From assembly GCA_050173015.1 (NCBI GenBank), contig JBFXLE010000006.1, positions 147,665 through 211,664 on the forward strand: 64,000 nt of DNA, read 5' to 3'. Shown here piece after piece: positions 10,901-22,517 of the stretch (position 1 is its first letter; the number at the start of each line of letters is the position of its first letter). The notes below the pieces were generated by a model. It was given only the letters and a program-made list of their open reading frames with translations, had not been told where the DNA came from and made no database searches. The stretch comes from Calditrichaceae bacterium (lineage in GTDB: Bacteria; Calditrichota; Calditrichia; Calditrichales; JBFXGD01). Made by a program: the position numbers and the translations under genes.

Positions 10901-12005
10901 ATGAATACAGAATTATTGGAAAAAGTAATTGATTTTAAAGACCGATTGAATAATTTGCGGAGTTATCTTTGACCTCGATAAAAAAGACGCGGAGTTAAAG
11001 GAGTTAGAGAAAAAAACACTGGCGGATGATTTCTGGCAGGATAATGAACTTGCGCAGACGGTTTTCAAAGAAATAAATCAGAAAAAAGAGTGGGTCGATA
11101 AGTGGAATGCATGCAAGGCTCAATTCGATGATATTGAAATTTTAATCGAACTGCAAAAAGAAGAGAATGACGATTCAATCGACGATGAGTTGATCAGCCA
11201 GGTAGATAAATTAGAAAATAATCTAAATGACCTGGAATTCCGTCGCATGCTTGGCGGGATTAATGATCCTAAAAACGCCATTCTCACGATTCATCCGGGC
11301 GCGGGCGGGACAGAAAGCCAGGATTGGGCTGAAATGCTCATGAGAATGTATCTGCGTTACGCCGAAAGAAAGGGATTTCAATCGGAGGTTCTTGATTACC
11401 AGGCGGGTGACGAAGCCGGATTAAAGAGCGCGACTATTGAAATAAAAGGTGAATACAGCTATGGATATCTGCGAGCAGAGGCAGGAGTTCACCGCCTTGT
11501 CAGGATTTCACCATTTGATGCAAACAGCAGAAGACATACTTCATTCGCGTCCGTATTTGTCCTTCCGGAAATAGATGTAGATATAGATGTAGATATTAAT
11601 CCGGTAGACTTAAGAATTGACACTTACAGAGCCAGCGGGGCGGGCGGTCAGCACGTAAATAAAACTGATTCTGCTATCCGAATCACACATATCCCAAGCG
11701 GCATTGTCGTTCAGTGTCAGAATGAAAGATCACAACATAAGAATAAAGCAAACGCGATGAAAATTCTTGCTTCCAGGTTATATCAAAAGAAACTGGAAGA
11801 GCAGCGCGAAAAAATGAAGGAATACGAGAATACCAAAAGAGATATTGCCTGGGGCAGTCAGATTCGTTCGTATGTCTTTCATCCATACAACATGGTCAAG
11901 GATCATCGTACTAACGTTGAAACCAGTAATACGCAGAGTGTCATGGATGGAGATCTGGACCAATTTGTCGAAAAATATCTGATCGATTTTGGAACAAGTG
12001 ATTGA
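10901..12005 (+). CDS. prfB: Peptide chain release factor 2, join(10901..10969,10971..12005) by +1 programmed frameshift
   Basis: The 23-codon first frame ends CTT TGA C at 10967-10973, preceded by internal SD GGAG. The +1 frame joins the ORF carrying the SPF and GGQ motifs. Confidence 0.96.
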
Positions 12006-12036
12006 GAATCATATAAGGGAATAGAAGGAGTTCGTT

Positions 12037-13530
12037 TTGGAAGACTTTAATCAGCTGATACAAATAAGGAAAGAAAAGCTTGAAAAAATACGTGAAATGG
12101 GAGTCAACCCATATCCGCATAAATTTGATCAAACGCACCTCTCGGCAGATGTTATAGCCGATTTTGATAATCTTAATGAACAGGTTGTCTCGGTCGCGGG
12201 AAGAATCATGTCTGTCAGACTTATGGGTAAGGCTTCATTCTGCCACATTCAGGACAGCAAGGGCCGCATACAGGTATATCTTCGTTCCGATCAGATTGGC
12301 GAGAAAATGTTTGAGCTTTTTAAAATTTTGGATATCGGAGACTTTATAGGAATTACCGGAAAAGTATTTAAAACACGCACCGAAGAGATATCCGTCAACG
12401 CCTCGGAATTGATCCTCCTTTCAAAATCGCTCAGACCTCTGCCGATTGTAAAAGAAAAGGAAGAAGACGGTCAGAAAGTCGTATATGATCAGTTTGCTGA
12501 CAAAGAGATGCGTTACAGACAGAGATATGTTGACCTGGTGGTTAATCCCGAGGTGAAAGATGTGTTCGTAAAACGCAGTAAAATTGTAACTGCTATTCGC
12601 GAATTTTTAAATGAATATGATTTTCTTGAAGTGGAAACACCGGTTCTACAACCCATATATGGCGGAGCAACCGCGCGTCCCTTCAAAACACACCATAATA
12701 CACTGGATACGACATTATATCTGCGGATCGCCAATGAACTCTATCTGAAAAGATTAATTGTCGGTGGATTTGACCGCGTATATGAATTTGCCAAGGATTT
12801 CCGCAATGAAGGTATGGACCGCTTTCATAATCCGGAATTTACACAGGTTGAGCTTTATGTGGCGCATAAGGACTATGTCTGGATGATGGATTTTGTAGAA
12901 CAATTGTTTAATCATGTGGCCGTAAAAGTCATGGGAAGTCCAAAGATCCAGTTTAACGGTCATGAGATTGATCTTACTCCGCCGTGGAGACGATTAACGA
13001 TGTTTGAGGCGATTAAGGAATTTACAAAAACAGATATCAGCCGAATGGATGAATCCCAGCTTCGCGCGACCGCAAAAAAACTTAATCTGGAAGTCGGACC
13101 GGAACTCGGTGCCGGAAAGATCATTGATGAAATTTTCGGTGAATTTGTTGAACCAAATTTGATTCAGCCTACATTCATAATGGACTACCCGGTTGAGATG
13201 TCGCCTCTGGCTAAAAAACATCGCGCCCAAGAAGGATTGGTGGAAAGATTTGAGCCGATCATCGGAGGAAAAGAAGTCGGTAATTCTTTTACTGAATTAA
13301 ATGATCCTATCGATCAGCGCGCGCGGTTTATGGAACAGATGGAACTTAAAGAGCGCGGTGATGATGAGGCGCAGGTAATGGATGAAGATTTTCTGCGCGC
13401 CCTCGAAATCGGTATGCCTCCGACGGCAGGTCTCGGCATCGGGATCGACCGGCTTGTTATGCTTTTTACAAATCAGTCAAGTATTCGTGACGTCATCTTC
13501 TTCCCTCAAATGCGACCAGAAAGCAAGTAA
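12037..13530 (+). CDS. lysS: Lysine--tRNA ligase (class II)
   Basis: [43 protein letters not shown]; follows prfB. Confidence 0.97.
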   Translation: MEDFNQLIQIRKEKLEKIREMGVNPYPHKFDQTHLSADVIADFDNLNEQVVSVAGRIMSVRLMGKASFCHIQDSKGRIQVYLRSDQIGEKMFELFKILDIGDFIGITGKVFKTRTEEISVNASELILLSKSLRPLPIVKEKEEDGQKVVYDQFADKEMRYRQRYVDLVVNPEVKDVFVKRSKIVTAIREFLNEYDFLEVETPVLQPIYGGATARPFKTHHNTLDTTLYLRIANELYLKRLIVGGFDRVYEFAKDFRNEGMDRFHNPEFTQVELYVAHKDYVWMMDFVEQLFNHVAVKVMGSPKIQFNGHEIDLTPPWRRLTMFEAIKEFTKTDISRMDESQLRATAKKLNLEVGPELGAGKIIDEIFGEFVEPNLIQPTFIMDYPVEMSPLAKKHRAQEGLVERFEPIIGGKEVGNSFTELNDPIDQRARFMEQMELKERGDDEAQVMDEDFLRALEIGMPPTAGLGIGIDRLVMLFTNQSSIRDVIFFPQMRPESK

Positions 13531-13536
13531 CCAATT

Positions 13537-14772
13537 ATGTCTTTTGAAACTTTTATAGCGAAGCGGTACCTGCGCGCGAAGCGCAAGACCGGTTTTATTT
13601 CAATCATCACTTATGTCTCAATCGGCGGCGTGGCAATTGGTGTGACCGCGTTGATTCTCGTGCTTTCCGTCATGAACGGATTCGAGCAGGAAGTGCGCTC
13701 CAGGCTCATTGGAGCAGACGCCCACCTGCGTCTCCGGAAGTATTTTACAGAGACCATCACCGAGCCCGATTCCATACTAAAGATTGTACGGGGCATTCCA
13801 CATGTCACCGGAGCGTCTCCGACAATTTTTGAAGAAGGAATGGTAAAATCCAAGACAACTCAAAGACCAACAGCAATAAAAGCGATCGATCCCAAAACGG
13901 CCGATTCCGTTACCGAAATTTCCAAAAATATTGTCCTGGGTACACTGGATTTTTCCCCGAAGGAGATCAATGGGCGGATGATGCCCGGAATTGTGTTGGG
14001 ACGTTATCTGGCTGACGCCATACTCGCGCTGCATGTGGGGGATGTCGTAACGCTGTGGATTATGCCCTCGGAAGGGGGGATTTTTGTTCAACCAAAAATT
14101 ATGCAGTTTTATGTTGCGGGTCTCGTTGAGTTCGGATATTACGAATATGATAAGATATTTTCCTACATATCCATCCAGGACGCGCAAAAACTGTTTGATC
14201 TAAACACAGGCGTCACCTGGATTGAGATAAAACTTGATAATTATGAGCTGGCAAATGAAGTAAAAGTGACCATTGAAAATGAACTGGGATACCCTTATAC
14301 GGCATTGACATGGTTCGATTTGAACAGATCGTTATTCTCGTGGATGGAAATCGAAAAATGGGGAGCGTTTGTCATTCTGAGTTTGATTATCATGGTAGCC
14401 GCCTTTAATATCATCAGTTCGCTTGTCATGGTGGTCATGGAAAAAACGCGGGAAATCGGTATTTTAAAATCGATGGGCGCTTCGTCTAAAAGTATTATGA
14501 AAATATTTATGTTTGAAGGGCTGCTGGTGGGATTAGTCGGCACAACCATCGGAAGTCTTCTTGGCTACTCAATAGGATTCCTGCAGCTTCATTATCATTT
14601 GATTTCACTCCCATCTGATGTTTATTTGATAAATGCGCTTCCTATTGAAATGAAGGTGTTGGATTTTATCGCGATAGCTGTGGTGGCTATATTTTTAAGT
14701 TTGATCGCCTCGGTCTATCCCGCCTATAAAGCGTCAAAATTAGTCCCGGTGGAAGCAATCAGATATGAATAA
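13537..14772 (+). CDS. lolE: Lipoprotein-releasing ABC transporter permease LolC/E
   Basis: FIAKRYL, LSVMNGF, VAAFNI, REIGILKSMGA, YPAYKASKL. Confidence 0.9.
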   Translation: MSFETFIAKRYLRAKRKTGFISIITYVSIGGVAIGVTALILVLSVMNGFEQEVRSRLIGADAHLRLRKYFTETITEPDSILKIVRGIPHVTGASPTIFEEGMVKSKTTQRPTAIKAIDPKTADSVTEISKNIVLGTLDFSPKEINGRMMPGIVLGRYLADAILALHVGDVVTLWIMPSEGGIFVQPKIMQFYVAGLVEFGYYEYDKIFSYISIQDAQKLFDLNTGVTWIEIKLDNYELANEVKVTIENELGYPYTALTWFDLNRSLFSWMEIEKWGAFVILSLIIMVAAFNIISSLVMVVMEKTREIGILKSMGASSKSIMKIFMFEGLLVGLVGTTIGSLLGYSIGFLQLHYHLISLPSDVYLINALPIEMKVLDFIAIAVVAIFLSLIASVYPAYKASKLVPVEAIRYE

Positions 14773-15457
14773 TGTAATGATAGATATAAAAGATGTTTTT
14801 AAAAGCTATGAAAACGGCCCGCAAAAGGTGGATGTCATCAAGGGGATCAGCCTTCAGGTGAAGCAGGCGGAAGTTGTTGTAATAATGGGGCCGTCAGGTG
14901 TCGGGAAAAGTACGCTTCTGCATCTTATAGGCGCGCTGGATCTGCCCACAAGCGGAGAAATAAAAATCGCCGATCAAAATGTTCACACACTCAGGAATGA
15001 TTCGCTCGCCAGGTTCAGGAATAATTCAATTGGCTTTGTATTTCAGTTCCATCATCTTCTTCCGGAATTTACGGCATTGGAAAATATATTAATCCCGGCG
15101 ATGATGTACGGGAAGCTTACAGCGGAAAAAGAAGAATACGCAAAACATATACTCGATGAGGTGGGATTATCTCACCGGTTGAATCATAAACCGCGTGAAT
15201 TATCAGGTGGGGAGCAGCAGCGTGTTGCGGTAGGACGGGCACTGGTGAATCAGCCAAAGGTAATACTCGCCGATGAACCGACGGGAAATCTGGATAAAAA
15301 AAGCGGTGAAGCTCTTTACGCGCTGCTGCTGGATCTGAATAAAAAACTAAAACAGACGCTGATCATAGTGACCCATAATGAAAATATGACTTCACAGGCG
15401 TCAAGAGTGATCGAAATGGATGACGGGAAAATAGGCAAACAGATCATCAGAGAATAA
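14765..15457 (+). CDS. lolD: Lipoprotein-releasing ABC transporter ATP-binding protein
   Basis: GPSGVGKS, GFVFQFHHLL, LSGGEQQRVA, DEPTGNLD. Confidence 0.92.
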   Translation: MNNVMIDIKDVFKSYENGPQKVDVIKGISLQVKQAEVVVIMGPSGVGKSTLLHLIGALDLPTSGEIKIADQNVHTLRNDSLARFRNNSIGFVFQFHHLLPEFTALENILIPAMMYGKLTAEKEEYAKHILDEVGLSHRLNHKPRELSGGEQQRVAVGRALVNQPKVILADEPTGNLDKKSGEALYALLLDLNKKLKQTLIIVTHNENMTSQASRVIEMDDGKIGKQIIRE

Positions 15458-15518
15458 AATTCAGAAATCCGGCTTCTCATTACAATTAATGGAACTTCAA
15501 CAATAAGATCTACCCATT

Positions 15519-17615
15519 ATGGGCAAGTATAATTCCGACGAATTTGATTTGCAATATCTTAAAGGAATTGGACCGAAACGGGCTCAAATTCTTTCCGGGA
15601 ACGGAATCAAATCCTTCCACGATTTAATCAATTATTTCCCAAGAAAATATGTTGACCGAAGCACAATCGTATCGCTGGATAAACTTCAGCCCGATCAGGA
15701 AGTTACCGTGATTGGTAAAATTGAGGTGGCGGGGATCCGCCGTATGAGAAAAGCGGTGTTTTATCTGGTTATCAGTGACGGTAAAGGTATAATGGAAGCA
15801 ATCTGGTTTAATTCCGTCTCTTTTTTCAAAAATCTGTTCAAAGTGGGGGAATGGATTTCTCTCTCCGGCAAGCCTTCATTTTACCGCGGATATCAGATGG
15901 TTCATCCTGACTATGACCGGCTGGGTGATGGAGAAATTGATAATTTGTTTAATACGGGCAAGATACTGCCCTTTTATCCTGAAAACGAAACGTTCAAAAA
16001 AGTCGGTATCAATTCATATACATTCCGAAAAATCTTTTTCCATTTGTTCCAGACGGTAACAGATGAAATCCAGGAGATACTCCCTGAAATCTTAATCAAA
16101 AAACGCGGTTTTCAGAATCTGGATGAGGCCTACAGGCAAATTCACAATCCGGATAATCAACAGAAATTAGATCTCTCCATCTACCGTTTTAAGTATGAAG
16201 AGTTTTTTTATCAACAGTTAATGATGGCTCTGCAAAAAGCAAATTTAAAATCAAAGCCGGTTGGAATTGCTTTTATGGCGAAAAGTGAGCGTTTGGAGCA
16301 ACTCTATAAATCCTTGCCGTTTACAATGACGGAAGCGCAGAAACGCGTTGTCCGCGAAATTCGCGAAGATATGAAGAATCCCGCGCCGATGAACCGTCTT
16401 TTGCAGGGGGATGTTGGTTCAGGGAAGACCCTTGTAGCGATCATGGCCATGCTCATCGCCATTGATAACGGTTACCAGGCCGCTTTGATGGTACCCACTG
16501 AAATTTTGGCGGAACAACACTTTATAAATATTTCTAAATTGCTTAATCCGCTAAATGTCAAAGTCAGTCTTCTGACCGGAAGTACACCGGCCCGCCAGCG
16601 AAAGCAGCTTCAGGAGAATCTGGAATCAAGTGATCCTCATATTGTCATAGGTACCCATGCGATCATTCAGGACGCGGTTGAATTTAAACAACTTGGACTG
16701 GTGGTAATTGATGAACAACATCGTTTTGGCGTCATGCAGCGTGGTTCGTTAATGTCGAAAGGAACCCATCCCGATGTGCTGGTGATGACCGCGACTCCCA
16801 TTCCACGGACTTTGGCCCTGACCGCTTATGGCTCTCTGGATGTATCAGTCATTGACGAGATGCCCGCTGACCGAAAAGATATTCTGACCGTCTGGCGCTT
16901 TGACGATAAGGCAAATCAAATTTATGAGTTTATCCGCGAACGGTTAAAAGAAGGCGAGCAGGCATATATAGTGTATCCTTTAGTAGAGGAGAGTGAAAAG
17001 CTTGATCTGAAAGCCGCGACGGAAAGTTTTGAGTATTTACGAAACGGGCCTTTTGCCGGATTTAAGTTGGAATTGCTCCATGGGCGCATGAAATCGGCGG
17101 AAAAGGAACGGGTGATGCAACTATTTGTGGATAAAAAAGTTGATATACTTGTCTCGACAACGGTAATCGAAGTTGGGGTCGATGTGGCGAACGCTACGGT
17201 AATGCTTGTTGAACACGGGGAACGGTTCGGACTCTCTCAGCTTCACCAGCTGCGTGGGCGCGTAGGCAGAAGTGATAAAAAATCATACTGTATTCTGAAA
17301 ACACCGCATAATATCGGTGAGGTCGCGCTGCAGCGGATGCGCATCATGACGGAAACTCAGAATGGGTTCGTAATTGCAGAAAAGGATCTGGAGTTAAGGG
17401 GATGGGGAGATTTTTTCGGAACGAAACAAAGCGGGATGCCCGATTTTAGACTGGCGAATCCGATTATCGATCTGGATATTTTGAAACAGGCGCGTCAGGA
17501 TGCTTTTGAGCTTGTCAACGCCGATAACCTGCTGAGAAAACCGGAAAACAAAGAATTGAATCAGGTTATGCGTACGCGATTCAAAGAAAAAATGGATCTA
17601 ATAAATATTAGTTAA
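15519..17615 (+). CDS. recG: ATP-dependent DNA helicase RecG
   Basis: QGDVGSGKT, DEQHRFG, MTATPIPRTL, QLHQLRGRVGR. Confidence 0.97.
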   Translation: MGKYNSDEFDLQYLKGIGPKRAQILSGNGIKSFHDLINYFPRKYVDRSTIVSLDKLQPDQEVTVIGKIEVAGIRRMRKAVFYLVISDGKGIMEAIWFNSVSFFKNLFKVGEWISLSGKPSFYRGYQMVHPDYDRLGDGEIDNLFNTGKILPFYPENETFKKVGINSYTFRKIFFHLFQTVTDEIQEILPEILIKKRGFQNLDEAYRQIHNPDNQQKLDLSIYRFKYEEFFYQQLMMALQKANLKSKPVGIAFMAKSERLEQLYKSLPFTMTEAQKRVVREIREDMKNPAPMNRLLQGDVGSGKTLVAIMAMLIAIDNGYQAALMVPTEILAEQHFINISKLLNPLNVKVSLLTGSTPARQRKQLQENLESSDPHIVIGTHAIIQDAVEFKQLGLVVIDEQHRFGVMQRGSLMSKGTHPDVLVMTATPIPRTLALTAYGSLDVSVIDEMPADRKDILTVWRFDDKANQIYEFIRERLKEGEQAYIVYPLVEESEKLDLKAATESFEYLRNGPFAGFKLELLHGRMKSAEKERVMQLFVDKKVDILVSTTVIEVGVDVANATVMLVEHGERFGLSQLHQLRGRVGRSDKKSYCILKTPHNIGEVALQRMRIMTETQNGFVIAEKDLELRGWGDFFGTKQSGMPDFRLANPIIDLDILKQARQDAFELVNADNLLRKPENKELNQVMRTRFKEKMDLINIS

Positions 17616-17674
17616 CTTATGAAGACCGATTTTTGTGAATTTGATCGATACAGGAAGTCGGAAAACAGGAGATC

Positions 17675-18742
17675 ATGGTTAAAGACCCGGTAATATCAGT
17701 GGTGATTCCGCATTTCAATGGAAAAGATATTCTAAATGATTGTCTGGAATCCTTATTTAAAAATACATATGTCGAATTTGAAACTATCCTGATAGATAAC
17801 GGCTCAACCGATGGCAGTCAGGATTTTGTCCGGGATAAATTCCCGCAAGTGAGATTGATCCGGAACAAGGTAAATCTTGGATACGCTGGCGGCTGTAATC
17901 AGGGAATTGGATTATCACAAGGGCGTTTTGTACTGCTGTTAAATAATGACACTGTGATGCCGGAAAATTTTCTCTGGGAAATGCACGCGGCCATAAAAAG
18001 TGACGATGCCATTGCCGCGGTTCAGCCAAAAATAATTTCTATTCAGAATAATCGCCTGTTTGATTATTCAGGGGGCGCCGGCGGAGAAATGGATTTGTTG
18101 GGATATCCGTTTGCAAGAGGCCGGATTTTCGATACGGTTGAAGCTGACAACAAACAGTATGATCATATGGAGCGGCAGGTTTTCTGGACATCGGGATGCG
18201 CCCTTTTATTGCGTAAGAGTATTACGGATCAGATAGGAATCCTCGATGAAGATTTTTTTGCGCATCAGGAGGAAATTGATCTGAACTGGCGGGCGCAACT
18301 GGCAGGATATAAGAATGTAGTGACAACAAGAACGCATATAACGCACTTTTCCGGATATACACTGCGTGGTGATAATGAACGAAAAATGTACTATAATCAT
18401 CGCAATAATCTGATGATGATGTTGAAGAATTATTCTTTATTGATGTTGTTGCTCGTTTTTCCCATACGTATTGTATTTGAGCTGGCGACTGTAGCAGCCG
18501 ACGGAATTTTTTGGGAAGGGAAGCGGGCCAGAGCGGTTATGAGATCATTGATGTATCTCTTTACACACCCTTTGTTGATATATGGTAAGAGACGCAAAAC
18601 ACAGAAATTACGGAAAGTTTCTGATCGTATGATTATTCGGAATATGTATCCGGGAAGCGTTGTCATCGACCATTTTATCAGAAAATTATCACCGGTTGAA
18701 TGTATTCTGAAATTCAGAAAAAACAATCACGCCGGAATTTGA
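17675..18742 (+). CDS. Glycosyltransferase family 2
   Basis: SVVIPHFNG, IDNGSTDGS, LLNNDT, EEIDLNWR. Confidence 0.9.
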   Translation: MVKDPVISVVIPHFNGKDILNDCLESLFKNTYVEFETILIDNGSTDGSQDFVRDKFPQVRLIRNKVNLGYAGGCNQGIGLSQGRFVLLLNNDTVMPENFLWEMHAAIKSDDAIAAVQPKIISIQNNRLFDYSGGAGGEMDLLGYPFARGRIFDTVEADNKQYDHMERQVFWTSGCALLLRKSITDQIGILDEDFFAHQEEIDLNWRAQLAGYKNVVTTRTHITHFSGYTLRGDNERKMYYNHRNNLMMMLKNYSLLMLLLVFPIRIVFELATVAADGIFWEGKRARAVMRSLMYLFTHPLLIYGKRRKTQKLRKVSDRMIIRNMYPGSVVIDHFIRKLSPVECILKFRKNNHAGI

Positions 18743-18873
18743 ACGCCGGGCAGAACTATTTTTCTTTAAATTTGTTTTACATCTGGACGCTGGAATTAAT
18801 TATCTTGCGAAAAAGAGTCAATTTGGTTAGTTTAATCGCTTCCTTCGCGAATAAAAAATTTAAATAAAGGGTT

Positions 18874-21534
18874 ATGATGATGACCATGGAAAAGATGAAT
18901 CGAATTACCGCTTTAGTAATTTTTCTGTTTACAACCTTCATTTATTTTTTGACGGTGGCACCGACGGTTTCTTATTGGGACTGTGGTGAATTTATCGCGT
19001 CGAGTTTTAAAATGGCTGTGCCGCATCCGCCGGGAAGTCCGTTGTACCTGCTGGTGGGCCGCGTGTTCACGCTGCTTCCGTTGGGAAGTGATATTGGTTT
19101 CAGAGTAAATATAATATCCGTGTTTTCCAGTTCCATCACAGTGATGCTCCTCTATTTGTCGATAGTACATCTGGTGAGAGAGTGGAAAGGTAAATTAGAG
19201 ACAAAAAGCGACTGGCTGACCGCCATATTCTCTGGTGTGCTGGGTTCCCTTAGTTTTGCTTTTACCCATAGTTTCTGGTTTAACGGTTCCGAAGCGGAAG
19301 TTTACGCGGCTTCGATGCTCTTTACTTCATTAATTGTATGGTTGATCCTGGTGTGGGCGGAAAAATCGGATGAACCGGATAATGGCCGGTATTTACTGAT
19401 GATTGCCTATATCATTGGTTTAGCAATCGCGGTTCATCTTCTAAATGTCCTTGCTCTGCCTTTTGTGGCGATGATTTATTACTATAAACGGTATGATTTT
19501 AATATTAAATCATTCCTGATAATGATGGCGATAACGGTTGTTCTCATACTCGCGGTATATCCGGGGATGGTGAAGTATGTGCCGCTGATCGCGCTAAATT
19601 ATGGTGTGATCGGATTGGTCGCGTTTGTTGTGTTTATCATCGGCGGGACGATTTGGGCATTAAATAATAAAAAAAATCTGCTAAGCTATGCATTTCTTTC
19701 AATCTTACTGATATCCATCGGTTATTCTACTTACGCCACAATTTACATTCGTTCAAATCTGGATCCGATGATCGATGAGAATGATCCGGAGAATATCGAA
19801 AATTTCATAAAATATATAAACAGAGAACAGTACGGCGATCACTCCATCACCGACCGTGAAGCAGTCTGGAAATCATCTCCGAACGGAAGAAACTATACAT
19901 CCTCCGGTGATTTTTTCTGGAGATATCAGGTTGATAAAATGTACGTCCGGTATTTTCTCTGGCAGTTTGTCGGGATGTCCGAAAACGGAATGGACTGGTC
20001 GGCTAAACAATTTTTTGCGCTCCCTTTTCTTCTTGGTTTGATCGGAATCTACTGGCACTTCAGGAGAGATCCAAAGCACGCGCTGGCGGTTACCGCCTTG
20101 TTCTTTATGACGGGATTGGCCATCATCATGTATCTAAATCAACCCGACCCGCAGCCGAGAGAACGTGATTATAGCTATGTCGGCAGTTTTTTTGCCTTTG
20201 CCTTTTGGATAGGACTTGGCTACGCGGGTGTTATTGAGCTGCTAAAAGATTTGTTCAGGAAAAAATCTGATGAAAAATCCGGCTTCGGGACAACCATGAT
20301 GGCAGTTACATTTGTCGTACTATTGTTAGCTGTGCCCATGCAGATGCTGGCAAAGAATTTTCATAGCCATGACCGTTCGGGCAATTATGTTGCCTGGGAT
20401 TATTCGTATAACATGCTGATGTCCTGTGAACCGGACGCGATCCTCTTTACCAATGGGGATAACGATACCTTCCCGCTCTGGTATTTGCAGGAAGTTGAAA
20501 ATATCAGAACGGATATCCGAATCGTAAATCTAAGTTTGCTGAATACCGACTGGTACATCAAACAATTGAGGGATATGGAGCCAAAAGTGCCGCTTGTGAT
20601 GAGCGATGCCGAGCTTAGTCGCGTAGGACTGCGTCCATGGAAAAAACAAAAGGTGACCTTAAAAGTTCCCGCGAAAGTGGCTGAGACAGCTCACGCTGAA
20701 TTTCAGGATGCGTTTAAATTCAGTAACATCGAAATTCCCGAGCAGATAAGCATTGAAATTAATCCCACAATGGATACACCTTATGGTCCGGTGATTCGTA
20801 CACAAGACTATATGATTCTCAATATTATCGCGACAAACCAGTGGCAAAGACCGGTTTACTTCGGAGTCACCGTTCCTCAAAGTAATATGCTTTCGGAACT
20901 TGCGGATTATATGCGAATGGAAGGCCTAGTGCTCCGGCTGGTTCCTTACAAAAACTGGGATATGTCACCAACACACATCCGGAAAAATCTTCTGGAAATT
21001 TATAAATATCGCGGTCTGAACGATCCGGATGTTTATTATGATGAAAATATTACAAGTCTGCTGCAAAATTATAGAACCGGATTTATGCAGTTGGCGGAAT
21101 ATGATGCCAGATTTGCAAATGACAAAGAAGCCTTAAAAGAAGTGCTGACCGCGATGGAAGAAAAGATACCATCCGAGGTGATTCCATGGTCGAGCCGGTT
21201 TATGCGTCTTTATGGGGATGCATTCCGGGTTGTCGCGGATTCTTCATACACAGAGACGATCCTTAATGACGCGTCGAGAGTGAATGACCTTCAGACCATA
21301 GGTGAACACCTGCTTCGTCTGCGGAAATTGAATCCCGCGATCGCGCTGCTGGAAAAGGATTATGAGAAAAATCCGCTGAATCCAAAAACACTCGGATTGC
21401 TTATTAATGCCTATGATATGAACGGTGAAAAAGAAAAAGCTGTCGCGCCGCTTGAAAACTGGCTAAAAGCAAATCCCGGCGACAATAACGCAAAAAATAT
21501 TTTAGAGTCAATAAAAAGCAAAAACCGAATGTAA
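18874..21534 (+). CDS. DUF2723 / TMEM260-like multi-pass membrane glycosyltransferase with C-terminal TPR
   Basis: PTVSYWDCGEF, HPPGSPLY, EAEVYA, RERDYSY, GDNDTFPLWY motifs; many TM segments. Confidence 0.85.
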   Translation: MMMTMEKMNRITALVIFLFTTFIYFLTVAPTVSYWDCGEFIASSFKMAVPHPPGSPLYLLVGRVFTLLPLGSDIGFRVNIISVFSSSITVMLLYLSIVHLVREWKGKLETKSDWLTAIFSGVLGSLSFAFTHSFWFNGSEAEVYAASMLFTSLIVWLILVWAEKSDEPDNGRYLLMIAYIIGLAIAVHLLNVLALPFVAMIYYYKRYDFNIKSFLIMMAITVVLILAVYPGMVKYVPLIALNYGVIGLVAFVVFIIGGTIWALNNKKNLLSYAFLSILLISIGYSTYATIYIRSNLDPMIDENDPENIENFIKYINREQYGDHSITDREAVWKSSPNGRNYTSSGDFFWRYQVDKMYVRYFLWQFVGMSENGMDWSAKQFFALPFLLGLIGIYWHFRRDPKHALAVTALFFMTGLAIIMYLNQPDPQPRERDYSYVGSFFAFAFWIGLGYAGVIELLKDLFRKKSDEKSGFGTTMMAVTFVVLLLAVPMQMLAKNFHSHDRSGNYVAWDYSYNMLMSCEPDAILFTNGDNDTFPLWYLQEVENIRTDIRIVNLSLLNTDWYIKQLRDMEPKVPLVMSDAELSRVGLRPWKKQKVTLKVPAKVAETAHAEFQDAFKFSNIEIPEQISIEINPTMDTPYGPVIRTQDYMILNIIATNQWQRPVYFGVTVPQSNMLSELADYMRMEGLVLRLVPYKNWDMSPTHIRKNLLEIYKYRGLNDPDVYYDENITSLLQNYRTGFMQLAEYDARFANDKEALKEVLTAMEEKIPSEVIPWSSRFMRLYGDAFRVVADSSYTETILNDASRVNDLQTIGEHLLRLRKLNPAIALLEKDYEKNPLNPKTLGLLINAYDMNGEKEKAVAPLENWLKANPGDNNAKNILESIKSKNRM

Positions 21535-22517
21535 TGCAGTATCTAAAAACCTTTTTAAAGACCGTAATTTCTCTGGGTCTGTTTGCTTATCTTGTATATC
21601 ATGCAGACCCTAATGAGATTGTTAAAGTTCTGGCGGGAATCAGCGCCGGCAACGGGATATATTTTCTGATGCTGGCGGTTATATTTGAGCTTGTATCTAT
21701 ATATTTGATGTCACTTCGCTGGAAAGTCCTGCTAATACAGTACGATATAAATATCAGAACCGACCGGTTGTTCGGGTTTTACCTGATCGGGTTGTTTTTT
21801 AACAACTTTCTACCAACAAGTATCGGCGGTGATGTAGTCAGAATATATAAAGCCGCCAATGAGAGTGAAAATAGAACCGCGGGGTTTGCAAGTGTCATAA
21901 TCGAGCGGCTTGTGGGTATGGCGTCAACTTTTTTTCTTGCTATTGTGGCTCTCTTTTTTGTCTCTCAATATTTTCATAGTAACAGATTATTGTATATGTC
22001 TCTGATCCTGTTTACCGGAATTATTGTATTTATTTTTCTGATCACCAGGAACCGGCCCTTCAAGATGCTCCTCCGAATATTTGACAAAGTCACTTTCTTT
22101 AACATCGGCGAAAAATTTAATAAGCTGTTTGAGGCGATACACCAATTGAGAACATACCGTCGTGTATTTGTATATGTATTCATCTTATCCCTGCTATCAC
22201 AAATCGCGATCGTTTTGATGAATTATTTCATATCTCAGGCATTTTCTATGAAAATTGATCTGTTATATCTATTTCTGGTTGTACCGGTCACATTTGCCCT
22301 CACGCTCCTCCCGTCAATTAACGGTGTAGGGGTTAGGGATGGAGGTTATGTGGTTTTACTGGGGAAGATTGGCATTTCAGGAGCTGCCGCGATCTCACTT
22401 TCTTTTATGAATTTGCTGATTCCAATGTTCATATCCCTTTTCGGCGCGATTCTATTTATCATTCAAAAACGTAGACTAAGACAAGAGGAAATCAATGAAA
22501 TCGAACCGTCCGTATAA
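21534..22517 (+). CDS. Lysylphosphatidylglycerol-synthase TM domain / flippase-like (UPF0104) protein
   Basis: RWKVLL, FFNNFLPTSIGGDVVR, LPSINGVGVRD. Confidence 0.85.
   Translation: MQYLKTFLKTVISLGLFAYLVYHADPNEIVKVLAGISAGNGIYFLMLAVIFELVSIYLMSLRWKVLLIQYDINIRTDRLFGFYLIGLFFNNFLPTSIGGDVVRIYKAANESENRTAGFASVIIERLVGMASTFFLAIVALFFVSQYFHSNRLLYMSLILFTGIIVFIFLITRNRPFKMLLRIFDKVTFFNIGEKFNKLFEAIHQLRTYRRVFVYVFILSLLSQIAIVLMNYFISQAFSMKIDLLYLFLVVPVTFALTLLPSINGVGVRDGGYVVLLGKIGISGAAAISLSFMNLLIPMFISLFGAILFIIQKRRLRQEEINEIEPSV

Noticed and set aside
11571-11600. ATAGATGTAGAT short repeat
   Set aside because: Simply encodes IDVDIDVDI in the RF2 linker.
11190-12005. ORF-track start for RF2
   Set aside because: Artefact of the programmed frameshift; the true start is 10901 and the gene is not a pseudogene.
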